Assembly: GCF_036321535.1 (NCBI RefSeq) | Contig: NC_087437.1 | Span: 105,092,001-105,156,000 of the forward strand | From: Camelus dromedarius | Lineage: Eukaryota | Length of the DNA: 64,000 nucleotides | Direction of reading: 5' to 3' | Part shown: positions 25,490-36,564 of the stretch, piece by piece | Numbering within the stretch: position 1 is the first letter of the stretch | Layout of the letters: the number at the start of each line of letters is the position of its first letter | Notes under the pieces: model-generated | The model's input: only the letters and a program-made list of their open reading frames with translations | Database searches by the model: none | Told to the model about the DNA's origin: nothing | Position numbers and translations under genes: made by a program

Positions 25490-25967
25490 TGTCAAGCGAA
25501 ATAAATGCACAGCGTAAAAGTTGAGAGTTATGTTTTATTTGGCGGGAGGACTTGAGCCGGGATGACAGCCTCTCAGATCAGTCTGAGGGACCGCTCTGAA
25601 GAGGTAGGGGAGGAGCTAGGATATATAGGAGCTTTACAACAAAGACCAAGTAGTTCAAACAATAAAAGATTACTTGTTATCTAACAAAAACCAGGCATCT
25701 CAAGTTAAAGAATTTAGCGCTTTTCTGTGTACGGAGGAAGCAAACATTTGGGCTCATTGAATCCATTCCTTTGACAAGCACCTAGCTCTCTAGGTCCAGT
25801 GTCCTGTCCTTTCTTATTCTGAGTCCCCTCAGGGTGCACCATTGTGAGTGGCTGCAGAGGCTGGGCTGCAGGCTTGTCTTTACTGGGGGGTGGCGGCAGC
25901 CACGGATGACTTGATGGCTTCAGTATTCTTTGTTTACTGACATGGTTTGCAGTATTTTTCATTCACA
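25490..25967 (-). mobile_element. Young ERV1-class solo LTR (copy B), 478 bp, TSD ACTC; inverted paralogue of copy A
   Basis: Reverse complement aligns end to end with 24657-25131 (about 34 substitutions and 5 indels by hand); ACTC at 25486-25489 and 25968-25971. Confidence 0.93.
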
Positions 25968-25971
25968 ACTC

Positions 25972-26530
25972 AAAACTAGTTGTCATCTAAATCATAATAA
26001 ATGAATAAGAACAGTATTACCGAATGCAGGGTGGTGTGTACTGTCTCAAAAATCCAAATGCTATACCTCTTCATTAATGGTAGAAGATAAAAGAGGAACA
26101 TTGTATTCTTTTTCTTAGAAGGAATGTCCTGAAATAACATAATCCTCGAAGTCTCACTCTGAAACTTCACAGATTGTCTCTTATGCTCTGGTACATACAT
26201 GGTGTCTTATTAGCTATTTAGATTACAAATTAACTACTGCTCCCCACGTCTAGTTAGCAAGATGTCATCAATAGAGCTGATCAGTATGATGTTCTACAGG
26301 ATCTCAAAATGTTAAAATTCCCTTTGGACTATATTTTTACAAAGAGCAGGAGGGTTAACATAGCCCTGGAGCAAGACAGAAAAAATGGACTACTGCATTC
26401 CTATGTAAATTCAAACTGCTTTTGATTTTCCTTGCTAATGTGGATATGCAAGAATTCACTAGACCAATTAACAAGTGCCAGAGGTTATATTGATGTGTTC
26501 CAGTAAAAATCTCACATTTAGCACCATATC
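25972..26530 (-). mobile_element. Fossil ERVL pol, reverse transcriptase remnant
   Basis: Minus strand reads FLLEHINITSGT...KENQKQFEFT...FSVLLQGYVNPPALCKNIVQRE...NIILISSIDDILL, matching the ERVL RT motifs LPQGY and YIDD (here SIDD, about 26261-26275); multiple stop codons. Confidence 0.88.
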
Positions 26531-26945
26531 TGTGCTTTGAGCTACTACTTGTTTAAGAAAAGGGTACATGTTCATACACAATCACCAATCCTACTTAAAA
26601 TATGGACAGAAAAACTTGTGTTATCTACTGTTCACCAGGGAATTCTCACAAGACCCAGGGCTTTCTAAAGTATTTGCCTTCGGAACATTCTTGTTAAAAG
26701 AAATGCCACCTAGAAATCTAATATATACAACAGGTAATGGTGGAGCTACTCAGCTTAAATTGGAGCTAGGGCTAGCCCCACTCTGGCTCTTACTTGGAAA
26801 CCTAAGGCTCTGAAAAATACAATTAGGAAACATTACCTTGAAGAAGCAATGGAGCAAAGACCTAATGTAAAAAGGTTGAGATCATCCAGTATCATCAACT
26901 CCCCAGGATATAAATCTCTTCCATAACATGCCCTACCAATAGTTA

Positions 26946-27494
26946 TGAGATTGAGCAGGACCCTGTGAGGCCTTCCTGGGCACAAAAGCTTTTCCATATC
27001 CCCTGTTTCTTATTTGTAAAATAAAGGCTTCTCACAGGGTTCCAAAGAACAGATTGAAAGTTGCTAACCAGGGACATGGGGGAATGCAGAAACAAAGGAG
27101 GTTCAATGAAGAAAGACAGTGCAGCTATTAAGGCAAGACCCTGGTTCCTGCTCAAGGAATATACATAACAATATCTTTAGTTCTTCTGCAGGAACTAAGG
27201 CCCCCATTCAGGTGGAGGATGGCAACTGCAGTCTGAGCACAAGATGCAAGGACCATCTGTTACCTCACTGCAAACCAATCAGAAGAAAGTCACACACCTT
27301 GCAGCCTTCACCCTAAATTTTGCCTATTTAATACTTCTCTCTGAAAACCATCAGAATTTGGGTTTTTTGAGTATGAGCCACCCATTTTCCTTGCTCAGCC
27401 CTGTAGTAAAAAAACTTTTTCCGCTTCAAACTCCTATGTTTAGGTTTGTTTTGTTTCATTGTATGTCGGGCACATGAACTTTTATTAGGTAAAA
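26946..27494 (+). mobile_element. ERV1-class solo LTR (different family from A/B), TSD GTTA
   Basis: Start TGAGATTGAGCAGGACCCTGTG, a CCAAT box (AACCAATCAG), and end GGTAAAA (decayed GGTAACA); GTTA at 26942-26945 and 27495-27498. Confidence 0.85.
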
Positions 27495-27498
27495 GTTA

Positions 27499-27617
27499 CC
27501 CAGCCTTTGTATAAACAATTCTAGATAACTATTGTTCCTACAGAGATGAATTCCACTCCTGGAAAACCCTTTAGGTTCCTTTATTCTAATGAGTCAGTAT
27601 TTAGAAAAGTACAATGT
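27499..27617 (-). mobile_element. ERVL gag-region remnant (continues at 26880-26941 and 28081-28170)
   Basis: Weak nucleotide similarity to antisense ERVL gag (e.g. ATTCAGCCTTAACCAATGTTC at 28081), collinear with the pol remnants. Confidence 0.4.
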
Positions 27618-28080
27618 TGTTGACTGAAGGAAAAAAAAAAAAAAAAGCACAGCCTAAAAATTGAGCATTATGTTTTATTTGGTGGGCTTTCTGAGGACTT
27701 CAAGCCTCCTGAGAGGAGACAGCCTCTCAGATATCTTTGAGGGACTGTTCCAAAGGGGTAAGGGAGGAGCCAGGACATATAGGAGATTTTCAACAAAAAC
27801 CAGATACTCAGAACATCAAAAGGTTACTGTTAATTAAAGAAAATCGGATATCTCAAGTTAAAAAAAGTAGCCCTTTTCTATGTAGGGGGAGGTGTGAGAG
27901 TCACAGCTCATTGAAATCATTCCTTTGATTAGCACCTCAGCTGTCTAGGGCCAGTATCCTGCTCTTTCCTAACCTGAGTCCCCTCAGGGCGCACCCTTGG
28001 GGGCAGCTGTAGTGGCTGATGGCTTGATGGCTGCAACATCCATTGTTTGCTGACATGGCAGGCAACATTTTTCACCCAGT
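27618..28080 (-). mobile_element. Older solo LTR (copy D) of the same family as A/B
   Basis: Collinear with copy B (TTATGTTTTATTTGG, GACAGCCTCTCAGAT, ATTCCTTTGA, TGAGTCCCCTCAGGG, CTGACATGG) but visibly more diverged; TSD not resolved. Confidence 0.85.
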
Positions 28081-28201
28081 ATTCAGCCTTAACCAATGTT
28101 CTAGAAGTGTTGCTGTGACATCGTTCACATAGTTGGCTTCTGCTGTCTTTTGAAGTGATACAGATAGAGATATTATGGATGCAATTTATAGTTTTAGAAA
28201 G

Positions 28202-28624
28202 TGTTGTGGGTTGAATTGTGCCCCCTTCAAAAAATTAAAGTCTTAACCGCCAGTACCTGTGAATATGACCTTATTTGGAACAGAGAGGGGTTGCAGGGTT
28301 AATCAAGATAAAAAGACGTCATACTGTAATCAGGTGGGCCCCTAATCCAATATACCTTATGTCTTTATAAGAAGATAGCTATGTGAAAACAGAGATGAAG
28401 GGAGACTACCATGTGAAGATGGAGGCAAAGCCTAAAGTAATGCATCTAAAAGCCAAAAAACCCAAAGATTTCTGACATCACTAGAAGCCATGGAAGAGAT
28501 TCTCCCTCAGAGACTTCATAAGGAATTAACAGACTTTGGGGCTTTTAGCTTTTGATATAAGAACATTGTTTCAAGTTACTCAGAGAGTGGTAATTTATTA
28601 AGGCAGTTCTAGAAAACTAATATA
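28202..28624 (+). mobile_element. MLT1 (MLT1B/C-like) MaLR solo LTR
   Basis: TGTTGTGGGTTGAATTGTGCCCCC...GTACCTGTGAATATGACCTTATTTGGAA...CTAGAAAACTAATATA; 5-bp flanks GAAAG/GAAAA. Confidence 0.9.
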
Positions 28625-28689
28625 GAAAATCAGTCTTTCTACCTTGGTACTTGAAAGAATGAAGTGAGGAGTTATATCAAAGTGACTGA

Positions 28690-28910
28690 AATAGATTTGG
28701 ATCCTGAAAGATTTGGACTTAAATACTAGTCATATTACCTATTTGCTGCATGATTCTGGACAAATATCTTAACTCTCTAAATCTCAAATTATACATATAT
28801 AAAGTTGGAATTATAATAATAGTGCCTACTTTTTAGAACTCTTGTAAGCTTAAAGAGTCAATGCATATAGTATAGTTTACATGTTATAAGTACTCAAATA
28901 GTATTAGTTA
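28690..28910 (+). mobile_element. MIR SINE
   Basis: TGGACAAATATCTTAACTCTCTAAATCTCA...ATAATAATAGTGCCTAC...TAAGTACTCAAATAGTATTAGTTAT. Confidence 0.7.
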
Positions 28911-28919
28911 TAAAATATG

Positions 28920-29113
28920 TAAACAACATAGGTTAAACAACAAAGTCCTACTGTACAGGACAGGGAACTATATTCAATACCTTGTAATAACCTATAGTGA
29001 ACAATAATACTAAAAGAAATATTTATGTACAACTGAATCACCATGCTATATATCAGAAATTAACACAGCATTGTAAATTGACTATATTTCAATAAAAAGC
29101 AAACCAAAACCCC
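28920..29113 (+). mobile_element. 5'-truncated L1 3' end
   Basis: AAACAACAAAGTCCTACTGTACAGGACAGGGAACTATATTCAATA...TTGACTATATTTCAATAAAAA; possible TSD AAATATG (28913-28919, 29114-29120). Confidence 0.85.
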
Positions 29114-29189
29114 AAATATGAGGTAATTATTAATACTATAAAACCCTTGTATTCCAAGCAAAGAATGGAGATATCTAATCTGACATTGA

Positions 29190-29360
29190 CTCATTGACTC
29201 CATTAATATTTATTTAGCAGTAAATAAATAGTAGGAACTCTATATAGTAGGAACTGTATTAAGAGTTTGGGGCACAATACAGAATGACAAGTAATATAAC
29301 TGTCATTAATGGAGACAGTCTTCTATTGAAAAGAAACATTAAACTTAAAGCAAATGAACC
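29190..29360 (-). mobile_element. LINE-2 3' end
   Basis: AATATTTATTTAGCA...TAGGAACTGTATTAAG...GGGGCACAATACAGAATGAC. Confidence 0.5.
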
Positions 29361-30408
29361 AAGGAAGAAGGTATGCAGGGAAGCTGGAGTTAGTGTATTG
29401 AATTAAGAATATGCAGATTAAGATGCGCTGAACTTGGAGACACCAGGCACTTACACAGGGCAGGGGGCAGCAGGTATCTCTCTAGGCGTTGGAGATCCCA
29501 TTTAGGGGAAGTGAAGCACACAGAGTGGTTTTCATTGAAGAGGAGGTTTCAGCACAACCACACGAAAGAAGTAGAGGCAGGAGATTTGGAGATCCCAGAA
29601 GCAAGGGAGCGCAATGAGCCGGGGGAAGGGCAGTCCTCCATCCCAGGTCACCAGCCGACAAGAGACAATAGGAGAGCGAGCATGTATTACTTCTAAGGCG
29701 ACTGAGGCAGAGGTCACCAACTTTTTGTAGCCCTAAGTCTAAGTAATTATTTTAAAGGGTGCCCTAGGAAAAATAACATGGGAACTTATGGCAGGCATCC
29801 TCAATTCAAGTCTTTATCTAAATGTCCAGACTCTGGATGTGAGCAGGGTTATCGTGCTGTAAAAAGCCTAGGCAACAACACAGAAAAGAGTTATTTTTCT
29901 CGAAAGTTGTTTTCCTCATCACAGAAGGTTAATTTCAGATAATAAATGTTATGAACAAAAATAAAACCTCTGTGGAGTGACGGAAATGCAGCTGGAAATT
30001 GGGATAAGGCAGACACTTTAGAGAAAATGAATCCCCAAAACTCTTCGATCCTGAGAAAACTTCTAAATGATTACTTTCAAAAATGATTACCGTGTGGTTT
30101 GGAAAATATGATTTGGACAGTTTCATGCCCCAAATGGAAATGGTTTCTATTCCAAATGAAGAAATGTAACAAGAAGAAGTAACTTTCAGGTGGAAATAAG
30201 AATGGGTATTTAGGAAGGAGACACGACGTGATATAAGACAAAAATAATTACATAGATGGGGCTTGGAGTCAGACCTCTCCCTCTGCTGAGGAACACTGGC
30301 TTTGGTTTTGCTTGCCATGTCCCTTCCATCCCACTTGAGGGAGATCTACTATTTTTAGACTAGTAGAATTTGGTACTATGGAATCAGGACAATAAGGGAA
30401 TAGGAAAA

Positions 30409-30426
30409 CACACACACACACACACA
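30409..30426. repeat. (CA)9 microsatellite
   Basis: Directly visible. Confidence 0.95.
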
Positions 30427-32802
30427 AGCCATGCAGGTTTTATCTTTGAGAAAAACAACCAGAAAAGATAAATCATATGCCTAAGACTACTTCAAATGAT
30501 GGCAGCCACAATGGCTTTATGTCATAAGTGAGCACTAGAGAGTGAGAGGTAGATGAGATGAGGTGAAGGCAGAGACTGAAGTGGATGGGTAAGGAGGCTG
30601 GAAACGTCCTCCTAGGAATTAGGAGCAGTTGGAGAATGGAAAAGAAGACAGATTTTAGTACGATTTGCCATGAACTAAGTATTTAAATAAGTAGTGGGAC
30701 TTTTAAGAAAAGCAAGTAATGATATGAATTATTGTTTGGGATGTGTTTCCTAAAGGCATCAGAAATTATGGGTATGACCCTGGTGGACCACAACATCAAT
30801 AGGGATATGGAAGCCTTATCGGCACTTCCTCCACCTGACCCCATCCATCTGTTTAGATCAAGGTCTGAGTTTTGTTTGGGCTGCTCAACACTTCTCCTGA
30901 AGCCAAGGAAATGATAGCCCCTTAGAATTTAAGAAATTATATAGTTCATCCAGTAAGTATGGAAGAAAATGTTTTTGTGCGTGTGCTGATGCAGAGATGG
31001 ATCAGTTATCTCTGAGCTGAATTGGCAATCTGTCCCACTTTAAGAGTTTAATCCCTAGCTGAGTTTCTTGGATGTCTGGGATCCAAATAACTTACTTCAT
31101 CATCCTTGATCCTATTGCTGTAGAGCATCTGTTTTGTGCTGCACTCCACACTACTGCCTGGGGCTTGGACTGGATTGTTCATGTCATTTTTGGTTCACCT
31201 TCCTTGTCATGAATATTCATTTTTCCTTTCCCCTTTCTTTCATGAAATTCCTGGAATAATCTAAAATTGCCTGAGACTCCAACTAAAAGTTAAACATCTT
31301 TCCTGACCTACGGATGTGAAGCCCCTGCATGCTGGACCACTTTCTTAGGTGAATAACCTGACCGAATATGCCAAATTACTTTAGAATTTGGTCTCTACCT
31401 TTCAGCAGGTTCCCAGCGCTGCATCCTCTTTCCCACCTCCTCACTCACTCCTTCTGTAGCCTCACATCTTGAATCTTAGTGCCCTTTCCTTCACATGTTC
31501 CAAGCAGATGGTGCTATCAAGAAGAATAGTCTCACCCAATGTATCTGAATAAAAAGGCTGTCTAACCAGACGTAACTGAACTGAATTGGAAATAAGGAAT
31601 GGAAAACCAACAGTGATATTTCCAAACCATTATTGATATTCAAAGGGCTTTGAAAATGAACAATGAATACTGTGCTTCTTAAGTATTAAATCAACTTTGA
31701 TAGCAAGGTGATCTAGCTAAAGAACATCTATATCTTTATTATCCTACATGAATCTCTATACTTAGAAGATGACTGGGTGTAGGGAAATTGAATTCATCAA
31801 TTGGGATTAAAGAGTCCTAAAATCCTCAAGTCTATTGAGTTACTGAAACCAACTGAACAATTAACCAATTAAATTATGCCTGACATCCTTTTATGGTTTA
31901 ATACTCATAAGATCAAAAGTGTTCCTTACACAATTTACTTATAACAAAATATTTATCAGCATTACTGTCATTTAACTCATGCAGACAGTTCTTTCTTCAG
32001 CATATTCTCCAATTATTTTCCATTTTCCACTCTATCCCCTTTTACCCTTCAAAAATATACTTCTCTTTGGAGCATTCTCTAAAATTTTTTTCTTCACAAA
32101 TCTCATGCAATAATCACATTCATATCTTTACTGTAACATTCATTTTTCTTTATTGTTTTCTCTTCCCATCGCACTCCCACCATTTTTTTCACATTTCTTT
32201 GATGTTTCAAAGTATTTCTTTCCTGAAATCAAATGTAGGTGGATGTAAAGCCATTATCATGTTCACGTCTTTGATTACTGAGCATCCTTGCAGCATCTTT
32301 GCCACTGGACTTTGTCCAGAGCATACACCCATTGGGGCTGTTTTCATATAGGCAACCTCATTCCTTCTTGGTGTGCTAATAAGTAATCTGTATAGAACCT
32401 CATCAAATTTCTTGCTTGGACCCAAGTTAGAAAGCACAGTCTGAGAGTCAGTCTCTTCCCTGTCTGCAGAGTAATATGGTGAGAGGCAGCCTGTGCTGTG
32501 ACTGTCAGCTCTTTAGTCAATGACATGCAAGGATCAAGAGAATGTCTTGCTTACTGATTAAATACCTTCTTCACTCTTTTTTTTCCTATGATATATTGGA
32601 GAACACTATAGAGAATAAGTCATCATATGTCTAATGTAATAAATGCATAATTAAACATGTGAGAACAAAAAATAAGCCTTTACAAAGACCGTTATGTTTT
32701 ATGACAGAAAGATGAGAAAGACTTCAAAACAGTGAACAAAGCTTCCTCTCCTGCAGGGAAACACAGCTGGCAACAGCATTAAAGGAGTATAACCTTTAAA
32801 AA

Positions 32803-32875
32803 TTGGGAATCACTATGTTGTACACCTGAAATTTCTATAATATTCTACATCAACTATACCTCAATTTAAAAAAAG
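32803..32875 (+). mobile_element. Very short L1 3' end
   Basis: GAATCACTATGTTGTACACCTGAAA...CAACTATACCTCAATTTAAAAAAA. Confidence 0.8.
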
Positions 32876-33499
32876 TGAGAAGAAAAAGAAACTAACAAGT
32901 AGATAGAGATAGTGAATGCACTGAAGAAACAAATGCTAAGAGAATAAAACGTAGTTTCTTTAATTCAAAAATAAAATGAGTGATAAGTACTGCAGATCCT
33001 CACACATTGTAAGTCAGATCCATATCCTTCCTCTAAGGGCACAAAGCTAAATGGGGTAAGAGTTCCTTTGCAAAGGTCATTCTTTGGGGAATTAAATTTC
33101 AATTATATTACTTGGATGAGGACTCTAAGTCAAGAAAAAAGTTGGTTTCCTCACAAGAAAGTCACTTAAAAAATGATGGTTAATTCTATAAATATTACTT
33201 TTACCTAGTTGGACTCCTAAACTTTTAGAACTTGGACTCTGGAATATAGAAAAGAAAAAGAAGCTGAGCCCAGTGCCAAACCAAAACCCAAATTGACCTC
33301 CCTAAGCATCTGGCTGTCTGGGGTCCCATCTACGTTAGTTCCAGTTATCCAAGAACGCCCACAAGAATGCCACTTGCACTGGAACCAGAAACCGGATGGT
33401 GTTAACCGAATACATTTTGATGGAAACCTAAAAACAAAACAAAAACAAACGAATAAAAAAACAACAAACAAGCCTGTGAATGTCAGGAGGGACTTTTTT

Positions 33500-33670
33500 C
33501 TCACTGTCATACATGAGGCATTTTATATGTGATGTCCTTGATGACAAACCCTACAGGAATGGTATAATTGTTCCCATTTTACAGCTAAAACTCAGCACTA
33601 GAAAGTGACTCATCAAGTAAGAGAGGAAACCTGGATTCAAAGCCTGTGAAACTGAACAGCTCTTGTGTTG
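33500..33670 (-). mobile_element. MIR SINE
   Basis: AAACCCTACAGG...TTCCCATTTTACAG...CTGGATTCAAA. Confidence 0.6.
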
Positions 33671-34321
33671 TTAAACTTCAGCCCACTACTTGTAGACTTC
33701 CTGCAAATAAAATGACCATTATAATCTTCATCTTTCTGAAAGTAAACATGCAAGTGTTCCTTAGGGATTTTATATAAATAACTTTTCTCAAAGTTATAAT
33801 CACAAGGCATGGGTTTTATAAATAGAATATTAATATATTGTATGTGTACATATATGTAGATAGGTATGTAATATACACAAATATTGATATATACTATATT
33901 ACTTATTATGCATATATACCTATAATATGCTAATATTATATTTCTAAAACCTACATTTAATGGCGGCAACTCTAAAAGCCTTGCTTATTGTACACTGAAA
34001 AGTATTGTTCTTACAGTTTTCTGACTTCCTGATTTGTAGCTTTATTATGTGAACGTGTTTTTCCTTAATTTAAACACCAGATACAGTTAATGGATTTAAT
34101 TTTGAACAGTTTACTGCTATTAGTCTCTGGGTGTGATTTTTTTTTTTTTGGCTATATGTTTTTTCTTAAGTCTTAGCTATTTATGTTATCATCTATCTTT
34201 GAGTGTCTTGAGTCATATATATTTCAAACTTACAAAACATTAAATGTAAAATTATGTTGGATGAGGAAAGGGAGAGATGAACAAAGAAAAGTAATCAAGA
34301 AATGTAATATATGTGGCACTC

Positions 34322-34335
34322 CTGCCATCTTGTGG
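34322..34335 (-). promoter_or_regulatory. Candidate CTCF core motif (overlapping a YY1-like AAGATGGC)
   Basis: Minus strand reads CCACAAGATGGCAG; motif match only. Confidence 0.4.
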
Positions 34336-34579
34336 GTTTTCTGTGTTATCCATAAGACCTAATTTAACATTTTTTCAGAAAAGTTTTGAAGGAGTATTTT
34401 GAACCTTTTGATTCTTAGTGTCAGTTCCTTAAACTAACATACTCCCTAATAAGTAATTAAATAACAAAATGCCATTATTCTCAAATAGTTCAGAAAAGCT
34501 ATCTACATGTATACCTACATCTAGCATCTATAGCTGTATTTATAACTACATCTACTTTTACGCTAATTTATTTTCCAAG

Positions 34580-34698
34580 AAAAAGAGAAATGGCTAATGA
34601 TAAATGGGGTCAAATGATGGCAACAGATGAATCGGGAAATATTATATTTCTTATTGTTGTAATTTTTCTTTAAGTTTCAAATTATTTACAAATAAACA
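34580..34698 (+). mobile_element. Old L1 (L1ME-like) 3'UTR end
   Basis: CAAATGATGGCAACAGATGAATC...TTTTCTTTAAGTTTCAAATTATTTACAAATAAA. Confidence 0.5.
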
Positions 34699-34699
34699 A

Positions 34700-35133
34700 T
34701 CTCTCTCACTTTGGACACTGTCCCAGCAGTAACCCCCTCATCCCTCTGCACCATCAGTCTTCTTCTCTATTGAATCAGTCTGAAAAGCCTCTCAGTATCT
34801 CACTGCTCCCTCCAGCTGTTGCATACTTTCTTCTTGTTTTTTCCAGAAAAATTCCTCTAGAGAGCCTACAGTTGTTTCCATTTATTTCCCTTTATTCTAT
34901 TTTAAAACATTAACTCAAACATAAAATAATTCATCATTAAAACCAAACTCCAGATCTTCCTTCCCAAACTTAATCTTCCAATGGTCTTCTGATCTGATTA
35001 CTGGAACTCCATTATCCTTTTTGGCCAAAATCCTGTGCACAACATCCCCTTTCTCTTTTTCTCCCAAAGCACATCAATCTATCAGCAAATCTTACAGGTT
35101 CTAAGATCAAAATCAAAATTTATCCAGAGTCTT
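34700..35133 (+). mobile_element. LINE-2 fragment(s)
   Basis: CCAAACTCCAGATCTTCC...TGGCCAAAATCCTG...CATCAATCTATCAGCAAATCTT...TATCCAGAGTC. Confidence 0.6.
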
Positions 35134-35610
35134 TGCTATCGAACTCAGGTTCAACTGCTTGCTGCTTGAAAAAGTAATACCCAAGAGAGACCAATGTGTT
35201 TTAATCAGAATGATGGCAATCTGGGGAGATGGTGGACTCAGTGTACCCCCAAAATTATATTTGAAGACTCTGCTCAGCCATGAGAGTTTTATAGGGAAAA
35301 GGGGAAGTAATCTCAGTTAGTCACTGAGATGGGTCACAGGCATCACCACCCCCCACTGTGTGCAGGCTTGTAGAATTCTCCTGATCTTTTCTTTAGATGT
35401 CATCTTGTTTACACAATTTGTTCTCAAGATTACTGAAGGGAAGCCAGGGAAGAGATCTGGTCATCTGTTAATTACTCCTTTATTTCTACTTCTCTGATCT
35501 ACAGAAAGAACCAATTGGTTGGGCAAGGTGTTGTGTGATCAAAAGATTTGAAAGGTATGCGGGGGCTGGAGATGTTGAGGCTCTTGATTTTGGAGGCTGC
35601 TTGCATCCCA
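35134..35610 (-). mobile_element. ERV1-type LTR (lineage-specific)
   Basis: TGCTATCGAACTCAGGTTC...GGCAATCTGGGGAGATGGTGGACTCAGTGT resembles the antisense 3' end of cetartiodactyl ERV1 LTRs; minus-strand TATAAAA near 35290; right boundary uncertain. Confidence 0.65.
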
Positions 35611-35929
35611 TTGACAGCTTATATAAGCATCTTCCAACAAAGACACAACGTCCTTAATAGTGCGAGAACTCATTATAGTTTACTTTATATCAATTAACTT
35701 TATACAGAGTCATCTTTATTTTTATGACAATTACCTCATTATTCATATCAGTAGCATTTATTGCAGAAGCTGCACAAATATACGTCAATCATCTAGTTTT
35801 GAAAGACTTACTAATTTCCCAAAGCAACAGAATAGTTGTCAAACTAATATTTAATACATATTTTTCATAAGGATATTTGCATTGATTTTTTAATAGAATT
35901 CAATAAAATACTTTGATTTAGTGAGTGAA

Positions 35930-36280
35930 GGATGTCATCCTGAAATCATCTTGTCTTCTTTTCCTTGCTCTACTCCTTTGCTCTACTACCTCCCCCACTC
36001 GATTAAATCTCTGAGATTTCTCAGTTCTGGCTTTCAAACATTTCATAAAAAATATTCATTCTGTCAATTTCCTGTGCTACTGGACTAAATCAGGCCATCT
36101 GGGTTTTGTTTCCTGGTCTCTTCTAAACATTTCCCTTACTCTTTACTTTTCCAATGATTTTCCAGATTCCAGTCTAATAAAACACATAGTCCAGACAATA
36201 TGTTATATATAAATCCATTCTGGTCCTCTCCTCCTACTATTTCTGAATTAACATCCAATGTACCCATCAGTTTTCAGAGC
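35930..36280 (+). mobile_element. LINE-2 fragment
   Basis: CTGAAATCATCTTGTCTTC...AAATCAGGCCATC; degenerate, pyrimidine-rich L2 pattern. Confidence 0.45.
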
Positions 36281-36564
36281 ATTCTCCAGGCAACTCACCA
36301 TGAGGTTGCATCAGATCAACTAGGTCAGGACATGATGCACACCTTATAAAGTGGTCCTTGTACACCGGTAAGATAATCTCAGTGCTTACTTCAGCCATCT
36401 TCAATGTCTATGTTTTCTTATCTCATTGCTTTAACCTATCCTTCCCTTGAAAGATCTCCCACCTGATTTGTCACTTGGGTAATCTAGAAAGCAAATAACA
36501 AAAAGAAGTTAAAAGTAACACTTGCAAAGCTAAAAGGAGCAGAAAGCAAAACTGACCAAATAAG

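Noticed and set aside
24657..25967. A DNA transposon or foldback element with 475-bp terminal inverted repeats
   Set aside because: Each arm has its own TG...CA ends, TATA box, poly(A) signal and distinct 4-bp TSD, and the spacer is pre-existing ERVL sequence that continues outside the arms.
25490..28080. LTR B and LTR D as the two LTRs of one provirus enclosing an RT gene
   Set aside because: B has a TSD on both sides and D is much more diverged. The enclosed RT is class III (ERVL), whereas the 4-bp TSD indicates a class I LTR.
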